From: Octopus vulgaris
Lineage: Eukaryota
Reading direction: 5' to 3'
DNA length: 64,000 nucleotides
Assembly (NCBI GenBank): GCA_951406725.2
Contig: OX597814.1
Coordinates: forward strand, 92,628,001 to 92,692,000
A program made the translations under genes and the position numbers. Within the stretch, counting starts at the first letter, position 1; each line of letters opens with the position of its first letter. Under the pieces are notes generated by a model that was not told the DNA's origin, ran no database searches, and worked only from the letters and a program-made list of their open reading frames with translations. Positions 38,526 to 50,566 of the stretch are shown here, one piece after another.

Positions 38526-38728
38526 AAGGTGCATGGCTCAGTGGTTAGAGCGTCGAGCCTACGATCGTGAGGTTGTGAGTTCGATTCCCGGACCGGGCTG
38601 CGTGTTGTGTTCTTGAGCAAGACACTTTATTTCACGTTGCTCCAGTTCACTCAGCTGTAGAAATGAGTTGTGACATCACTGGTGCCGAGCTGTATCGGCC
38701 TTTGCCTTTCCCTGGGATAACATCAGTG
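38526..38728 (+). mobile_element. tRNA-derived CORE-like SINE
   Basis: A box TGGCTCAGTGG, B box GAGTTCGATTCC, then GTGTTCTTGAGCAAGACACTT. Confidence 0.75.
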
Positions 38729-39285
38729 TATAACATCCCGGCTACCCATAAAAACGTCGACCGGGGCGAACCGCTCCTTCACTTCTGTCAAAAAGTAGGC
38801 ACATTGGTCAACCCGAGGCTACAAGAAAAGAGCTTTGCCCAAGGTTTCACAGAGGTGGATCAAAGAGCCGTGTTATTGACTGAGAAACGAAATCCTCAAC
38901 CGCACTGTTTTGCATATATACTTCCTGAGTATTTTCATCTTTGTCTCTCTCTCCGTACTACTTACAATAAGTCTTCTAAGGTGTGTGTGTCCAACTCGCC
39001 AACATGTTTTGTAGAACAGTTATACATATGTCTTTTTTTCTAACAAATAAACATACAAAACAAATACGAGCAGTATGTATGCGTTATTGATTGATTTACA
39101 TTAGTGAACATTTTTGCCTTTTGACTGATTCACCTGTTTCACATTTCTGTCAGTAACGTCTGTTTATCGATTTTTAAACTTTCCTTTAGCCGCCGTTTTA
39201 GGTCACATTCTGTAACGGTCATTTTTTTTTTTTTTAGTTTCATGTAAGTAATAAGCTGACTCGAACCACCAGCACACACACACAC

Positions 39286-39350
<65 letters not shown>

Positions 39351-39354
<4 letters not shown>

Positions 39355-39550
39355 TAATCCAAACAAGAAAGCACAAAAAAAAACACAACAACGCGAGGAC
39401 GTGGAACAAATATAGTATCATTGGACGCTCAGGAAAGAAGGAGGGCTTAACGCTTCGAGCGGAGCTCTTCGTCGGAAACATAGGAGAAGGAAAGATCCAG
39501 AGAAGGGAAGACAGAGGAAAAAAAATCGCCAACGATACACACGAGGTCAC

Positions 39551-39553
<3 letters not shown>
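39351..39553 (-). mobile_element. Solo Neptune-type PLE pseudo-LTR fragment in (TA)n
   Basis: Minus strand TTT-CCGACGA-A-GAGC-TCC-GCTC-GAAG-CG-TT. Similar to the termini at 42214-42420 and 50380-50572. Confidence 0.65.
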
Positions 39554-39586
<33 letters not shown>

Positions 39587-39590
<4 letters not shown>

Positions 39591-40623
39591 GATTAAAAAT
39601 CCAGGCAGATATCAATAAAGAACTCAGTTTTAAACAAATGTGTTTAACTATCTCAAACAATCAAAATGCACGAAAAATACACATTCAAGGTAATTCCTTA
39701 TTGAGGATAAGTAGATCCAAATATCACTTAGAAGAATTTCGAGAAATTCAGATCATTAGACAATATAAATACAAGTGTAACTGTAAAAACAAAATTGTCT
39801 GCCCTTTAGAAAAACAGTGTTTAAGAAAAATATAGTCTATCAGTGCTAGATAATACTTACAACCCGGGATCGTAAGTATTATTACATAGGTTCATCTGCT
39901 ACAATCTGGGAATCTAGATTTCATAATCATTCTCATTCGTTTAAGTATAGAAGAAAAGGTAATTCTTTAGTAATGCATTTGGGATTTAAAAGATAGGAAC
40001 ATTTAGTATGATTTAAAGTGTTCCATTATTAGTTATTCACCATCATACAATACTGATAATTCTACATGTGATATTTGCTTTGTAGAAATGTATTATAAAT
40101 TACTTCTAAATTAATTTTATTAAATTTTAATGGGAATTTTACAATGAAATTTTGTCACAAGTTTAGGAGGATATTATTATAATTGATTATAATTGCTTTT
40201 CATATATTATTTAATAAGCATAATTTTTCTAAAAAAAGTTTTACTATATTTGATAAATAGATAACTAATTGTCGTGACGTAGGATCTCTGTAACGTAGAA
40301 TTCTTGTGTTTATTCTTTATTTTTTTCGTTATCTACTGACGTCACCAAGAGTTGAATACAAAAATCAGTTTTCTTATATTACAGTTTTTCTTCTTAACGT
40401 TCTTTTTGTATGTGTTCGGGTGCTGGAATTATTTCCTTAGTTCACTTCGAATTTAATTAATTTTGGATCACCCTGATAACACTGTGTTAGCGAGTATTTT
40501 CGGAAATATTAATTTCAGTGATATTTTCAATATATAAATATGTTGATACAACAGAAACAATTGTCGGCTTTGTAAGGTGAATTCTACGAAAGATGTGATT
40601 TTGTCTTCCCATATTTTTTGTTA
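39587..40623 (+). mobile_element. Decayed 5'-truncated Naiad-type PLE (GIY-YIG endonuclease plus 3' terminus)
   Basis: CNCKNKIVCPLEKQC (CxC-x5-C-x5-C), then IVYQC...YYYIGSS...SRFHNHSHSF...WDLK...CDICFVE across frameshifts. Bounded by (TA)n and (CA)n. Confidence 0.8.
40471..40567 (+). ncRNA. Degenerate hammerhead with 74-nt stem II at the Naiad 3' end
   Basis: CC-CTGATAA-[..TGTGTTAGCG..GAAATATTA..TGATATTTT..TGTTGATACA..]-GAAA-CAATTG-TC-GG. G8>A change in the core. Confidence 0.5.
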
Positions 40624-41199
40624 TACACACATACACACACACACATATGTATATATACATACATACATACATACACACACGCACACACACACACACACAC
40701 ACATATATAAATATCGTAAAATCAGTTTGCCAATGTAAGGTGGCAGTCTCCTGCGTAGGACTTTTAACTCCAGGATAACATTTTTTTCCAGCTGGTTATC
40801 AACACACAATCTGTCTGAAATATACTGTGAGCAAGGGAGCGTATTGCTCCGTCCTAGCTACTATCAGTACCAACAGGCCAATGGTTTCTAGGTAATTTCC
40901 CGTCCTCTTAGCTGGACAACCACCGGCTAGAGATACCAGTTTACTCGACGCTATTCACAGTATATATAGAAGACAGTCATTGATTTCGCAATGAGTAAAA
41001 CATAATATATATATATATATTCGATGGGCTTCTTTCGTCCGTCTACCAAATCTACTCATAAGACTTTGGATGAGCCCGGGCTATAATGGAAGACACGTGC
41101 AAGATGCCGTGCAAGCTTCTTACAGTCACTCCTGTGCATATACACATACACATACACACACATACATACACACACATATGTATATATATGTGTGTGTAT

Positions 41200-41244
<45 letters not shown>

Positions 41245-41255
41245 CAGAGAGGGAG

Positions 41256-41349
<94 letters not shown>

Positions 41350-41354
<5 letters not shown>

Positions 41355-41510
41355 AAACAGACAGGTGAAAGAACAACAAACAAGAAGCGTTAGTTTAACG
41401 CTCAAGAAAAATGGAAGAAGTTTTTAACGTTTCGAGCCTACGCTCTTCTACAGGAAGGAATAACGAAAGAAAGCTGGTGGAGAGCATTAAAAAAAATTGA
41501 GAGAAAAGAT
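41350..41510 (-). mobile_element. Neptune-type pseudo-LTR fragment
   Basis: TTTAACGTTTCGAGCCTACGCTCTTC is identical to 42314-42339. Confidence 0.6.
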
Positions 41511-41610
41511 CAAGTATACTCATCCATACTATAATGACCAAAGTTACTTGTCTTACGAACGTATTCTGCAAGATTAAGCATCTCCCTATATTTATTCCCT
41601 CTCTCTCTCC

Positions 41611-41653
<43 letters not shown>

Positions 41654-42162
41654 TAAGATATGACATTGCTGCTGTCACGAAGACCTATACTGATGCATGC
41701 ATACATGAACACACACATACACACACACAGAGTCGTACAGATAATCAGGCGCGCAGACACAGAAAGTAGTTATAAAGCAACTGATATTACTAAACGCAGA
41801 AACATAGAGACACACATCCGTACATTCTTACATACAATAACATTTACTCATATATACGTATACACACGTGAACACGTTTTTATTTATTTATTTACTTCCT
41901 TATTTGTGTATTTTTGACAAGGCCTTGTTGGGATTCTCTTATAGATTTTGATAGAGCAGATTCGAATTCTCTGAAGTATCTATTTCTTAATACCCGACTG
42001 TAAATTTCAGTTATTTCATTTGATATTGCAAATGGAACTCCAATTAGAAATCCAACTTCCTAAATTTAAATGAACTAAACTAAATATTCTGAATAAATAA
42101 GTAAATAAATAAATAAATAAATAGGCATAGACGCAAACACTTAGCTTTGCAACCATGTGGTT

Positions 42163-42214
<52 letters not shown>

Positions 42215-42311
42215 CGGGAAGCTTTATGAAAATAGACAAAAGACGAAGGCAGGTGGGAAACAAACAAACAATTGTATTAGTATGGCGCTCAGGAAATATA
42301 AATAAAACAAG

Positions 42312-42349
42312 TCTTTAACGTTTCGAGCCTACGCTCTTCAACAGAAAGA
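42312..42349 (-). ncRNA. Minimal hammerhead-like motif with variant core
   Basis: TCTTT-CTGTTGA-A-GAGC-GTAG-GCTC-GAAA-CG-TT-AAAGA: 5-bp stem I, 4-bp stem II, ACGT palindromic stem III, A6>U. Confidence 0.6.
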
Positions 42350-42590
42350 TACACAGAGAAAAAAAACACAGAAAGAAGGAGAGAAAAAAAATGCGTGCAT
42401 AACTAACGAATCAACATGGCGATCTGATTTCGGCCAGAGGTCAAAGATCAAACATGAGACGCGAGAGCGAAATAAGGGGAGATAATAGGGTTGATAATAG
42501 GGTTGAATGACCAGCTATTAGTGCGTAGGAGAGGTCTGGACGTGTGTATGTATAGGGTTGGTGTATGTATTAGTATGTATTAGTATGTAT

Positions 42591-42631
<41 letters not shown>

Positions 42632-42701
42632 AGAGAGTATTAGTGCGTATGATAGGTCTGGACGTGCGTATGTATGGGGTTGGTGTATGTATTAGTATGT
42701 A

Positions 42702-44156
42702 TTAGTATGTATTAGTACGTATTAGTATGTATAAGTGTGTGTGTGTGTGTATGAGAGGAGAAGAGGGGAGAGGGAGAAGAGGGGGAGGAGAGGAGGGGGC
42801 GGGAGGTGTATGAGAGGAGGGGGAGAGGGGGAGAGAGAGGAGGGGAGAAGGAAGGGGAGAAGGGGGAAGAAGGAGGAAAGAGGGAGAGGAGGAGAGAGAA
42901 GGGGAGTGAGGGAGCAGAGGGAAGGGGAAGAGGGAATGAGGGAGGGAGAAAGAGGGAAGAAGGGAAGGGGAGTAGGGGTGAAAGGATGAAGGACTGAAGA
43001 AGTAGGGGTCGGGGGAAGGATAGGTGAGGAGGGGGGAGAGGGGGTTAGATGAGGAGGGGGGAGAGTTGAGACCAAATGGCGTATAAGAGCGAAGAGAGAA
43101 GATTAATTCCTGTTCACGGCGCAAACGGGAATCCGGATGGCCTCTGTGTAAGGACAAACCGAACACAGATAGGTGTTGCAAGGAGTGACCGGTGGAGCGG
43201 AAATGGCGTGAGACCGGTGTGTCGTTCGCAAGGTGGATGTCACGAAGGTGTTCCGCGAACCGGTCAGCCAAGCGGCGTCCCGTTTGTCCGATGTACAAGG
43301 AATGGCAGAGAGAGCAAGAGACGCAATAGATAATATTGCTGGAGGTGCAGGTGAAGGAGTGGATGATGGGATAGGGTCGATGGTGGGTGCTAGTGAGGAG
43401 GGTGGTGTTGGAGAGGTAAGGGCAAGTGCGGCAACGTGGGCGGGAGCAGGGGAACGAGCCGGGTTGGGAGGTAGGGTCAGGGAAGGAGCTATGGACCAAA
43501 AGGTCTCGAAGGTTGTGGGCTCGTTTGAAAGAGGGGAGGGGTCGGTTAGGGAAGAGGTGTGAAGTGGACGGGTCGGACTGGAGATGACGGAAAGCTCGAA
43601 GAATGGTGCGTTGGAGACGTAGGGTCGTGGGGTGGTAAGTGAGGGGAAAAGGGAGGCGGGAGACTACAGGGCGGGTTCGGGGAGAGAGAGCAGATACACG
43701 GTCCACGGACCGTGCTCTGGCAAGGGCGGTGTGGATAGTGGTGAGGGGGTATCCACGTAGGGTGAAGTGGTGAGCCATACGTTGAGACTGAGTCTCAAAG
43801 TCATGGTCGTCACTACAGAGCCTACGTAGACGGAGGAATTGGGAATAGGGGATGGAAAGCTTGGTGTGTTCTGGGTGGGAGGAAGAGAAGTTGAGGTATG
43901 AGTGTGAGTCTGTGTGTTTGTAGTGAATGGAGGTGGTAAGAGTGGAGTGAAGAATGCTAACCGAAATGTCGAGGAAGGAGACAGAGGTGTTGGAGATAGT
44001 GGAAGTGAAGTGGAGGGCTGGATGGAAAGATTGGACGAAAGAGAGGAAGGAATCTAGATGTTCACGGGAGAGTGAGGTGGCACCGATAATGTCGTCAATG
44101 TAACGACCATATAGTTCAGGAGTGGGACCAGTGAAATTAGAGAATATTTGGGCCTC
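42702..44156 (-). CDS. PLE reverse transcriptase (C-terminal part) plus GIY-YIG endonuclease, 5'-truncated
   Basis: The frame stays open 126 codons upstream of the listed Met: YGRYIDDI...SFLDI...YLNFSSSHP...SIPYSQFLRLRRLCS. Linker CSRPRCRTC, then NIIYCVSC...YIGQTGRRLADRFAEH...GLN. The tail after GLN is low-complexity read-through. Confidence 0.85.
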   Translation of the reverse strand, partial: EAQIFSNFTGPTPELYGRYIDDIIGATSLSREHLDSFLSFVQSFHPALHFTSTISNTSVSFLDISVSILHSTLTTSIHYKHTDSHSYLNFSSSHPEHTKLSIPYSQFLRLRRLCSDDHDFETQSQRMAHHFTLRGYPLTTIHTALARARSVDRVSALSPRTRPVVSRLPFPLTYHPTTLRLQRTILRAFRHLQSDPSTSHLFPNRPLPSFKRAHNLRDLLVHSSFPDPTSQPGSFPCSRPRCRTCPYLSNTTLLTSTHHRPYPIIHSFTCTSSNIIYCVSCSLCHSLYIGQTGRRLADRFAEHLRDIHLANDTPVSRHFRSTGHSLQHLSVFGLSLHRGHPDSRLRREQELIFSLRSYTPFGLNSPPSSSNPLSPLLTYPSPDPYFFSPSSFHPYSPSLLPSFSLPHSLFPFPLLPHSPSLSSSPSFLLLPPSPLPSPLLSLPLSPSSHTPPAPSSPPPLLPLPSSPLIHTHTHLYILIRTNTY

Positions 44157-44169
44157 ATATATATATATA

Positions 44170-44745
44170 TGACAGAGTTATAAGTGAGATATTTTCAATC
44201 CGGGAAAAATACTTTATAAGCTCTCTCTTAGTACACCAGACTAACAATATTGTTGAAATTAGTAAAGAACTCTGTGTATTCTTGTAGCAGGGTCCGGGGT
44301 TATCGTTCATCACCATTCTATATTGTAAACCCATGGTTGTGTTCCAGTTAATATGGTTTTTACACAGAGTGATATACAAAAAAAAGGCATAAATAATGGT
44401 CATTACTAATTTTTCTTTATTGTAGTAAATTCGACACACAGCTGTTTCCAGTAGTCATTATAGGTTTATTGACAGGTTTTCTCAAGCTGCCCACTGATCG
44501 ATTCAGAAAAAAATTGAACAACCTAGAAAATTAATGCTACTTTCGTGAGCGTCATTTCTTGTTATAACCAAGCAGAACATTGAAAGTATAATACAGCAAT
44601 AATTTTCAAGGTTGTTCGACTTTTTTCAGCTGATCAATGGGTTGATTGGGTAAACCTGTCAGTAATGAACCTATAATGACTACTTGAAACAGCTGTAAGT
44701 CAAGTTTACTACAATAGAGAAAGATATATAATGACCATTATTTAT
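44170..44745. mobile_element. Asymmetric fold-back element with the 3' half of a hammerhead core
   Basis: Arms ~44389-44533 and ~44598-44745. GAAACAGCTGTA at 44686-44697 but no CTGANGA. Extension 44170-44388. Confidence 0.7.
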
Positions 44746-44808
44746 TTATACCGTATCTTACATACACACACACACGCACACGCGCACGCACACACATACA
44801 CACGCACG

Positions 44809-44861
<53 letters not shown>

Positions 44862-44865
<4 letters not shown>

Positions 44866-45245
44866 CAACAGATGGATAATGTGTCAATTCACTACACCTG
44901 TTTCCAACGAATTTTTAATTGAGTAATGGAAACATTACATCATTAGAAAAAACAGGGGTTTTTTTATGTTTTTGAATGTTGTGGTTCGTGTATTCACCTG
45001 ATGAAAACAGTTTTTTTCTAATGATGTAATGTCTCCATTAATCAATCAAAAATTCGTTAGAAACAGCTGTAGTGAACTGACACATTATCCATCTGTTGTT
45101 ATTTATTTATTATTCACCTCTCTCTCGGATCCTGCTCCTTGCGTAGATCCGAAGTATATTCTTTACTATCCACCTGACGAACTTGACCCTAATTTTCATC
45201 TATCCAGTTTCAATTTCAATTTTAAAATGTCTTATGTCAACCTAA
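44862..45245 (+). mobile_element. Asymmetric fold-back element next to (TA)n with hammerhead core
   Basis: Arms 44862-44953 and 45010-45102. Extension probably runs to ~45245. Confidence 0.75.
44993..45076 (+). ncRNA. Putative type I hammerhead ribozyme with 55-nt stem II
   Basis: TTCAC-CTGATGA-[aAAC..TTTTT..TAATG-tctc-CATTA..AAAAA..GTTa]-GAAA-CAGCTG-TA-GTGAA. Perfect 5-bp stem I and intact core. Confidence 0.7.
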
Positions 45246-47538
45246 ACCTATGGAAGAAGATATTTGCCCAAGGTACTGTACAATGAGAACGAATGCCGGA
45301 TCTCACTGCGAAGCGAACCTCTTAACTGTTCCCCTATGCATGTACCCTTGGTAGCTCGTAAACTGTGTTTTAAGATGCTGATTGCCTTGAAATTGCACTG
45401 CTAAAACCTACAAATACTGACCGAGCCTTTACGTAGTCGCAAGACCTGGTAGAAAAATCAAACAAATCACATTCCACAGTTTTGAATTAAGAGGCATAAG
45501 TTGGACAATGTATCCTCTGATAAGCAAAAGGACAGGATGGTCATGGATGGAATACTTAATACCATAGGTTTAATGTAGAACTAAACAACAACAAATATTG
45601 ATAATATAAAACGATAACCTATTAATTGCACGTTGTCATATTCCACAAACTGCATACGTTATTTCGAGGGCTTTTCAGTCTACATTGCTAACAAGTTTCA
45701 AATGTTTTTTGCGAACAAAGTTGAGACTTGACAAGGTGGACTTATCAGCCAAAGTTAACTGCATTGGCTGTCAGAAGCATATACTGCACAGAGTAGTGCG
45801 AGTCGTCTGTAAAAGTCCCTGAAATGTAAGGTACCTAGATGTTTGTTTTAGAAGGGAATTCACCAGAACTGGGCGTCTTCCATGAGTTTTATTTTAATTT
45901 GTCCAACTTGTTCATATCTGCCCTGATCGATGTGAAAGTTCTATCATTTGTATGAATCAGGGCTATGATATTGCTAAAATAAAATGGACACAAATGGAAG
46001 CATCGGGATGTTTCTGCTTCTGACTCAGGACTCAACTGTATGTAGAATTTATTGTTTTGGCTAATATGCTCGAAAAAAAGGGTAGACACCTCACTTGAAT
46101 GACTCTTAAGCCTCTGTTGCAAAAACTCTACATACTACGGAGTTTCGGTTTAAATTGCAATATAAGATGGTGGTGGTACATTGCGGAAATCGATGGGAAA
46201 ATGTGAGTGATTTATTGACCTGGAACAATTATTGTGCTTACAACTCAGTACATACTTAGTCAAGCTCACATGAGTGGATATTGACTATTGGAGCGAGTGA
46301 CCTGTTACGTCGTGTGGGTCTGATTTGCTCTGGATCTACAAACACAAAAATTCCTTGAGAAAAAGCTTTGAAAAATCAGGTGACGAAAGCGAATTCCTAC
46401 AATTTTCTACTGATATAAAGCCATATATAGACTGATCGTCGAAATACCCGACAAAACTTGAACATCTGTTGTTTAACTCTTCCTCCTCCTCTTCCATGTT
46501 TCTGTTGATTTTCTTGTAGTAGCGGTAGTTGCTGCTGCCACTTAGTCTTAAATAAACGTTAAGAAATTCCATGCCATCTTATCCTCAGACATTGTACCAA
46601 AGACTACATAATCTCATTGTCCTTCCTTTCTTGAGACAATAGTGTGTGATTTAAGGGAAAATAGTGTTCCTTTTCTAACACGTAAAGGAGCAAAGATATC
46701 CACATAAAGGCATCCTCGTTGATTGCCATGGAGGTTTTCTCCTTAACTGCCATACAGTTAGCTTCTTAGCTTGCTCGTCCTCTTCTTATAGAACGAAAAA
46801 TTCTACCCGCAGAACTTCGTGGGAAACCCTTGCTAATATGAGAGTATATAATCCTTTCTTCCATAGGTACAAGACCTGACACTTGTGGGGAGGGAGTCTA
46901 GTCGATTACATCGGCCTCAGTACTCAACTGGTACTCATTTTATCGACTTCGAAAAGATGAAAAGAAAAGTCAACCTCAGCGGAATTTGTACTCAAAACGT
47001 AAAGTCGTACGATATGCCGCTAAGCATTTTGCTCGGCGTACCTACGATGCTACCAGAAAACATTCCTCGTTTGTAAGTGGGTGCATAGTTTTGCTTAAAA
47101 TTCTCATTTTCTTCTCATCTAAACTCCTTCATTGTTTGAGCTTATTGTCTTGGAACATTCGTTGATGTTAATCTGGTATCTGGATTCATTTAGCTATTTG
47201 CAGCATTCTGCAAACTTGGTTAATCGATTGTTTATGGAGAAAATGGGTCAATCAAACATCGAAATCGTGTTGAAGAGTCAGTTAGTTAGAAGGTTAATGA
47301 CACTTTAATATCCAATGGTACATGTATGGTTATTTGCCATTTACTTATTTCAGTCATTGGACTACGACCATGCTGGCCTTGAAAGTTTTTGTCGCTGTCA
47401 GTATTTATCTTTAAGTCTGGTACTTATACTATCGCACACATCTGACGAACCTATAAGTTACGGGAGCGTAAGCAAATCAACACCGGTTATCAAGCAGTAG
47501 TGGAGGACAAACAAACACAAACGCCCAAACACATAACC

Positions 47539-47625
<87 letters not shown>

Positions 47626-47631
47626 TGTGTG

Positions 47632-48004
47632 TTAATCGAAGTGTACAGTATTATATATCCATTACGGCCGATCTTACCGAGCGGTTTCGCACTACGGCTT
47701 CACCGGAATGTTAAGTAACAGTCTGCTTATGTAACCCTGCGCTCTTCAGAGATGGCAGTTATGGAATGAAATATGGCAACTTATTTCTTTCCATATGGCG
47801 ACGTATTTCATTCCATAACTGCCATCTCTGAAGAGCGAAAGTTACATAATCGGACTGTTACCTAACACTCCTTTGTAACCCTAATGCGAAACCGATCGAT
47901 AAAATTGACCGTGATGGATATATTATACTGCATACTTCGATTAATGTACCCACTCTACTGACAAATATGAGAGTGCAATTTTTTCGTGACTTATGGATTT
48001 TTAG

Positions 48005-48005
<1 letters not shown>
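47632..48005. mobile_element. Asymmetric fold-back element between (TG)n and (CT)n(TA)n with a hammerhead in each arm
   Basis: Arms ~47632-47773 and ~47794-47944. Extension 47945-48005. Confidence 0.8.
47671..47753 (-). ncRNA. Putative type I hammerhead ribozyme with 54-nt stem II
   Basis: Minus strand: ATCT-CTGAAGA-[GCGC..GTGC]-GAAA-CCGCTCGG-TA-AGAT. Mirror copy on the plus strand at 47824-47905 is more decayed. Confidence 0.65.
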
Positions 48006-48087
<82 letters not shown>

Positions 48088-48090
<3 letters not shown>

Positions 48091-49653
48091 TTGCGGCCAA
48101 AATGTTCAGAACGGCATTGTTTTCGTCAGAAAAGTAAGTATAAGTTTTTATCAAAGTAATTTTATATTCTATAATTTTCACAGATAATAAATACAATATT
48201 AGTTGTTATTGTCTGAGATTTTGGTGTAATTTGAGAGGATAACACAAAAGTTATGGATGATTTAGTGATTTACTGCAAAACCCATGGCGGCCAAAATGAT
48301 CAGAACGGTTGAAAAAATAATAAAATAATCAAGAATGACAGAGAATACTGGAATTATTTAATATTTAGAGTGAAGCCCTTTAGCTTCAATCACACTCTGA
48401 CATCTTTGACTGCATGAGGAAATTAAATTTTCAATTTCTTGCTGGGTGATCTTATTCCATTCTTCCTGAAGGGCATTCCATAATTGCTCAGTTGTTTTAG
48501 GATTTCTGGCATTCGAACGTTCCTCTAGAATATTCCATACATTTTCAATAGGATTGAGATCTGGGCTTTGAGCAGGCCAATCCATAATAATAACCTTTTC
48601 AGCCTTGAGGAAGTTCATGACCACCTTAGCCTTGTGACATGGGGCATTGTCCTGCATGAATATGGGTGGTCGCTTAGTTGAATTTCTCAGCACAGGCAAG
48701 ACATGATCTTTTACAAGTTGTTTATAAACTCCTGCATTTACCTTTCCATGTAATCGCACCAAAGGGCCCACACCATCTCCAGATATCATCCCTCAAACCA
48801 TGACACTTCCTCAGCCGAATTTAACACTAGTCTTAAGGCATTTAGGCAACAATTTTTCACCTACTTTTCGACGAACGTACCTTTTCCCATCTGTGAGCCA
48901 AATAACAAACTTAGATTCATCACTGAAATGCACCGTTTGCCATTTTTCTTGAGACCACAACACATGTTCGGTTTCAAAGGTAAGACGACACTTTTTATTC
49001 TTGGAGCTGATCAGTGGCTTCACTGCAGGTGCTCTTGCTTGTAGGTCATGTTCAACTAAACGACGAGACAGTTTTTCGAGATAAAGTTTTCTTCAATACA
49101 ATGCTCATTTTCCGAGAAACAGCAGCAGCAGTTTTAAATCTGTCCTTCTTAACCAACTTTACCATAGCACGATCTTCTCTGTTGGTCGTTTTTCCTGGCC
49201 TACCTGTAAACCTTCTTGCTTCACACGAACCACAATCATCGTAGACCTTAAGAATACCGTGTACAACACTTTTTGACTTGTTAACAATCTTTGCAATAGA
49301 TCTAATACTTAAATTATCCTTCCTTCGAAGCTTAATAATCTGCTGACGAATTGGTAACGGAGTAAGTGGCATTATATTAACAAAGTACACTGCAAATATT
49401 CTTACTAATGTTTAGTAAACGAACCATCACGTAAACAAATTCAAAACATTAGAGTTCGCCGGTTAAATATACTAAAACACGGAGTAAAAGCAACCGTTCT
49501 GATCTTTTTGGCCGCCATGGGCTTTGCAGTAAATCACCAAATCATCCATAACTTTTGTATTATCCTCTCAAATCACACCAAAATCTCAGGCAATAACAAA
49601 TAATATCTACTTTTCTGACGAAAACAATATCGTTCTGAACATTTTGGCTGCTA

Positions 49654-49656
<3 letters not shown>
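48088..49656 (-). mobile_element. Full-length Tc1 (DD34E) transposon, IR/DR type
   Basis: TA-CAG...CTG-TA. Long TIRs each contain two copies of GCGGCCAAAATGNTCAGAACGG. Confidence 0.92.
48358..49372 (-). pseudogene. Tc1 transposase, disrupted
   Basis: HTH plus GRPGKTT, FSDESKF, QDNAPCH...SPDLNPIEN (34 residues between D and E). Split over three ORFs. Confidence 0.9.
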
Positions 49657-49709
<53 letters not shown>

Positions 49710-49789
49710 ATACATACATATATATCCATACATACATATATACACACACACACATATATATATATATGTATGTATGTGTGCATATATAT

Positions 49790-50566
49790 CCCGCCCGTTC
49801 CTGGGATGTCGCTTGTCGTTGGGTTTTCCCACGCCCGTCTCCGCGGGACCACTCTTCCATCTTCCCCTCCGCTGGAGTCCTTTTCCTAAACCCCCCCCTT
49901 TTTTTTTCGTTACACACACGCGCACACATATACACACATTGCTTAAACATATACATTACTCTTACACACATTCAATCTACTCGCCACTAATACTACCACG
50001 ACACTGGACACACACACACACTACTACTCAACACACGCTGGCACGCTACATACGCCCCCACCCCTTCCCCTCCCTCCCTTCCTCCTTCCTCCCTTTTCTT
50101 ACTACTGACCTTTGTCTGCTATGCTGCTGCTATGCTGACCACCGTCTCGCCCTACCTCACACGCCTACACACAGACGCACACACTAACACATACATATAT
50201 TTTTTGTTTTTTTACCTCGCCTCACACACACACATACACACACGCACACGCACACACTCACACATACACACACATCTGTTGCGTTACCAACCTTGTCTCC
50301 ACTCTTTTGCCTTTAAAAACCCACTTTGCTCTTGTTATCGTAAACATCCGCCTTTCACCATGTGCTACTCCTAACACCAGTCGTTTTTTTCTCTATCTCC
50401 GTTGCCCGCTCCGGGATCTTTCTTTCCTCTCTCTTCCTTCTTTATGTTTCCGTCGAAGAGCTCCGCTCGAAACGTCATACCTCCCTGCTTCCATTTCCTG
50501 AGCGCCTATTAATAATAATACTGTAATTGTTCCATTGTTGTTGTTTTTTTGTTTCCCGTTTGGATT

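Larger units (their letters stand above)
42214..44156 (-). mobile_element. Young 5'-truncated Neptune-type Penelope-like element in (TA)n
   Basis: RT-thumb-GIY-YIG ORF, pyrimidine-rich 3' region, terminal hammerhead-like motif, (TA)n on both sides. Confidence 0.92.

Noticed and set aside
38526-38600. tRNA-like sequences with A and B boxes (also 2840-2914, 26971, 53680)
   Set aside because: They continue into SINE bodies and lack a proper acceptor stem, so they are SINE heads rather than tRNA genes.
39840-40130. Selenocysteine recoding in the Naiad fragment
   Set aside because: The interruptions I read are TAG stops and frameshifts, not in-frame TGA at Cys positions, and no SECIS was recognised.
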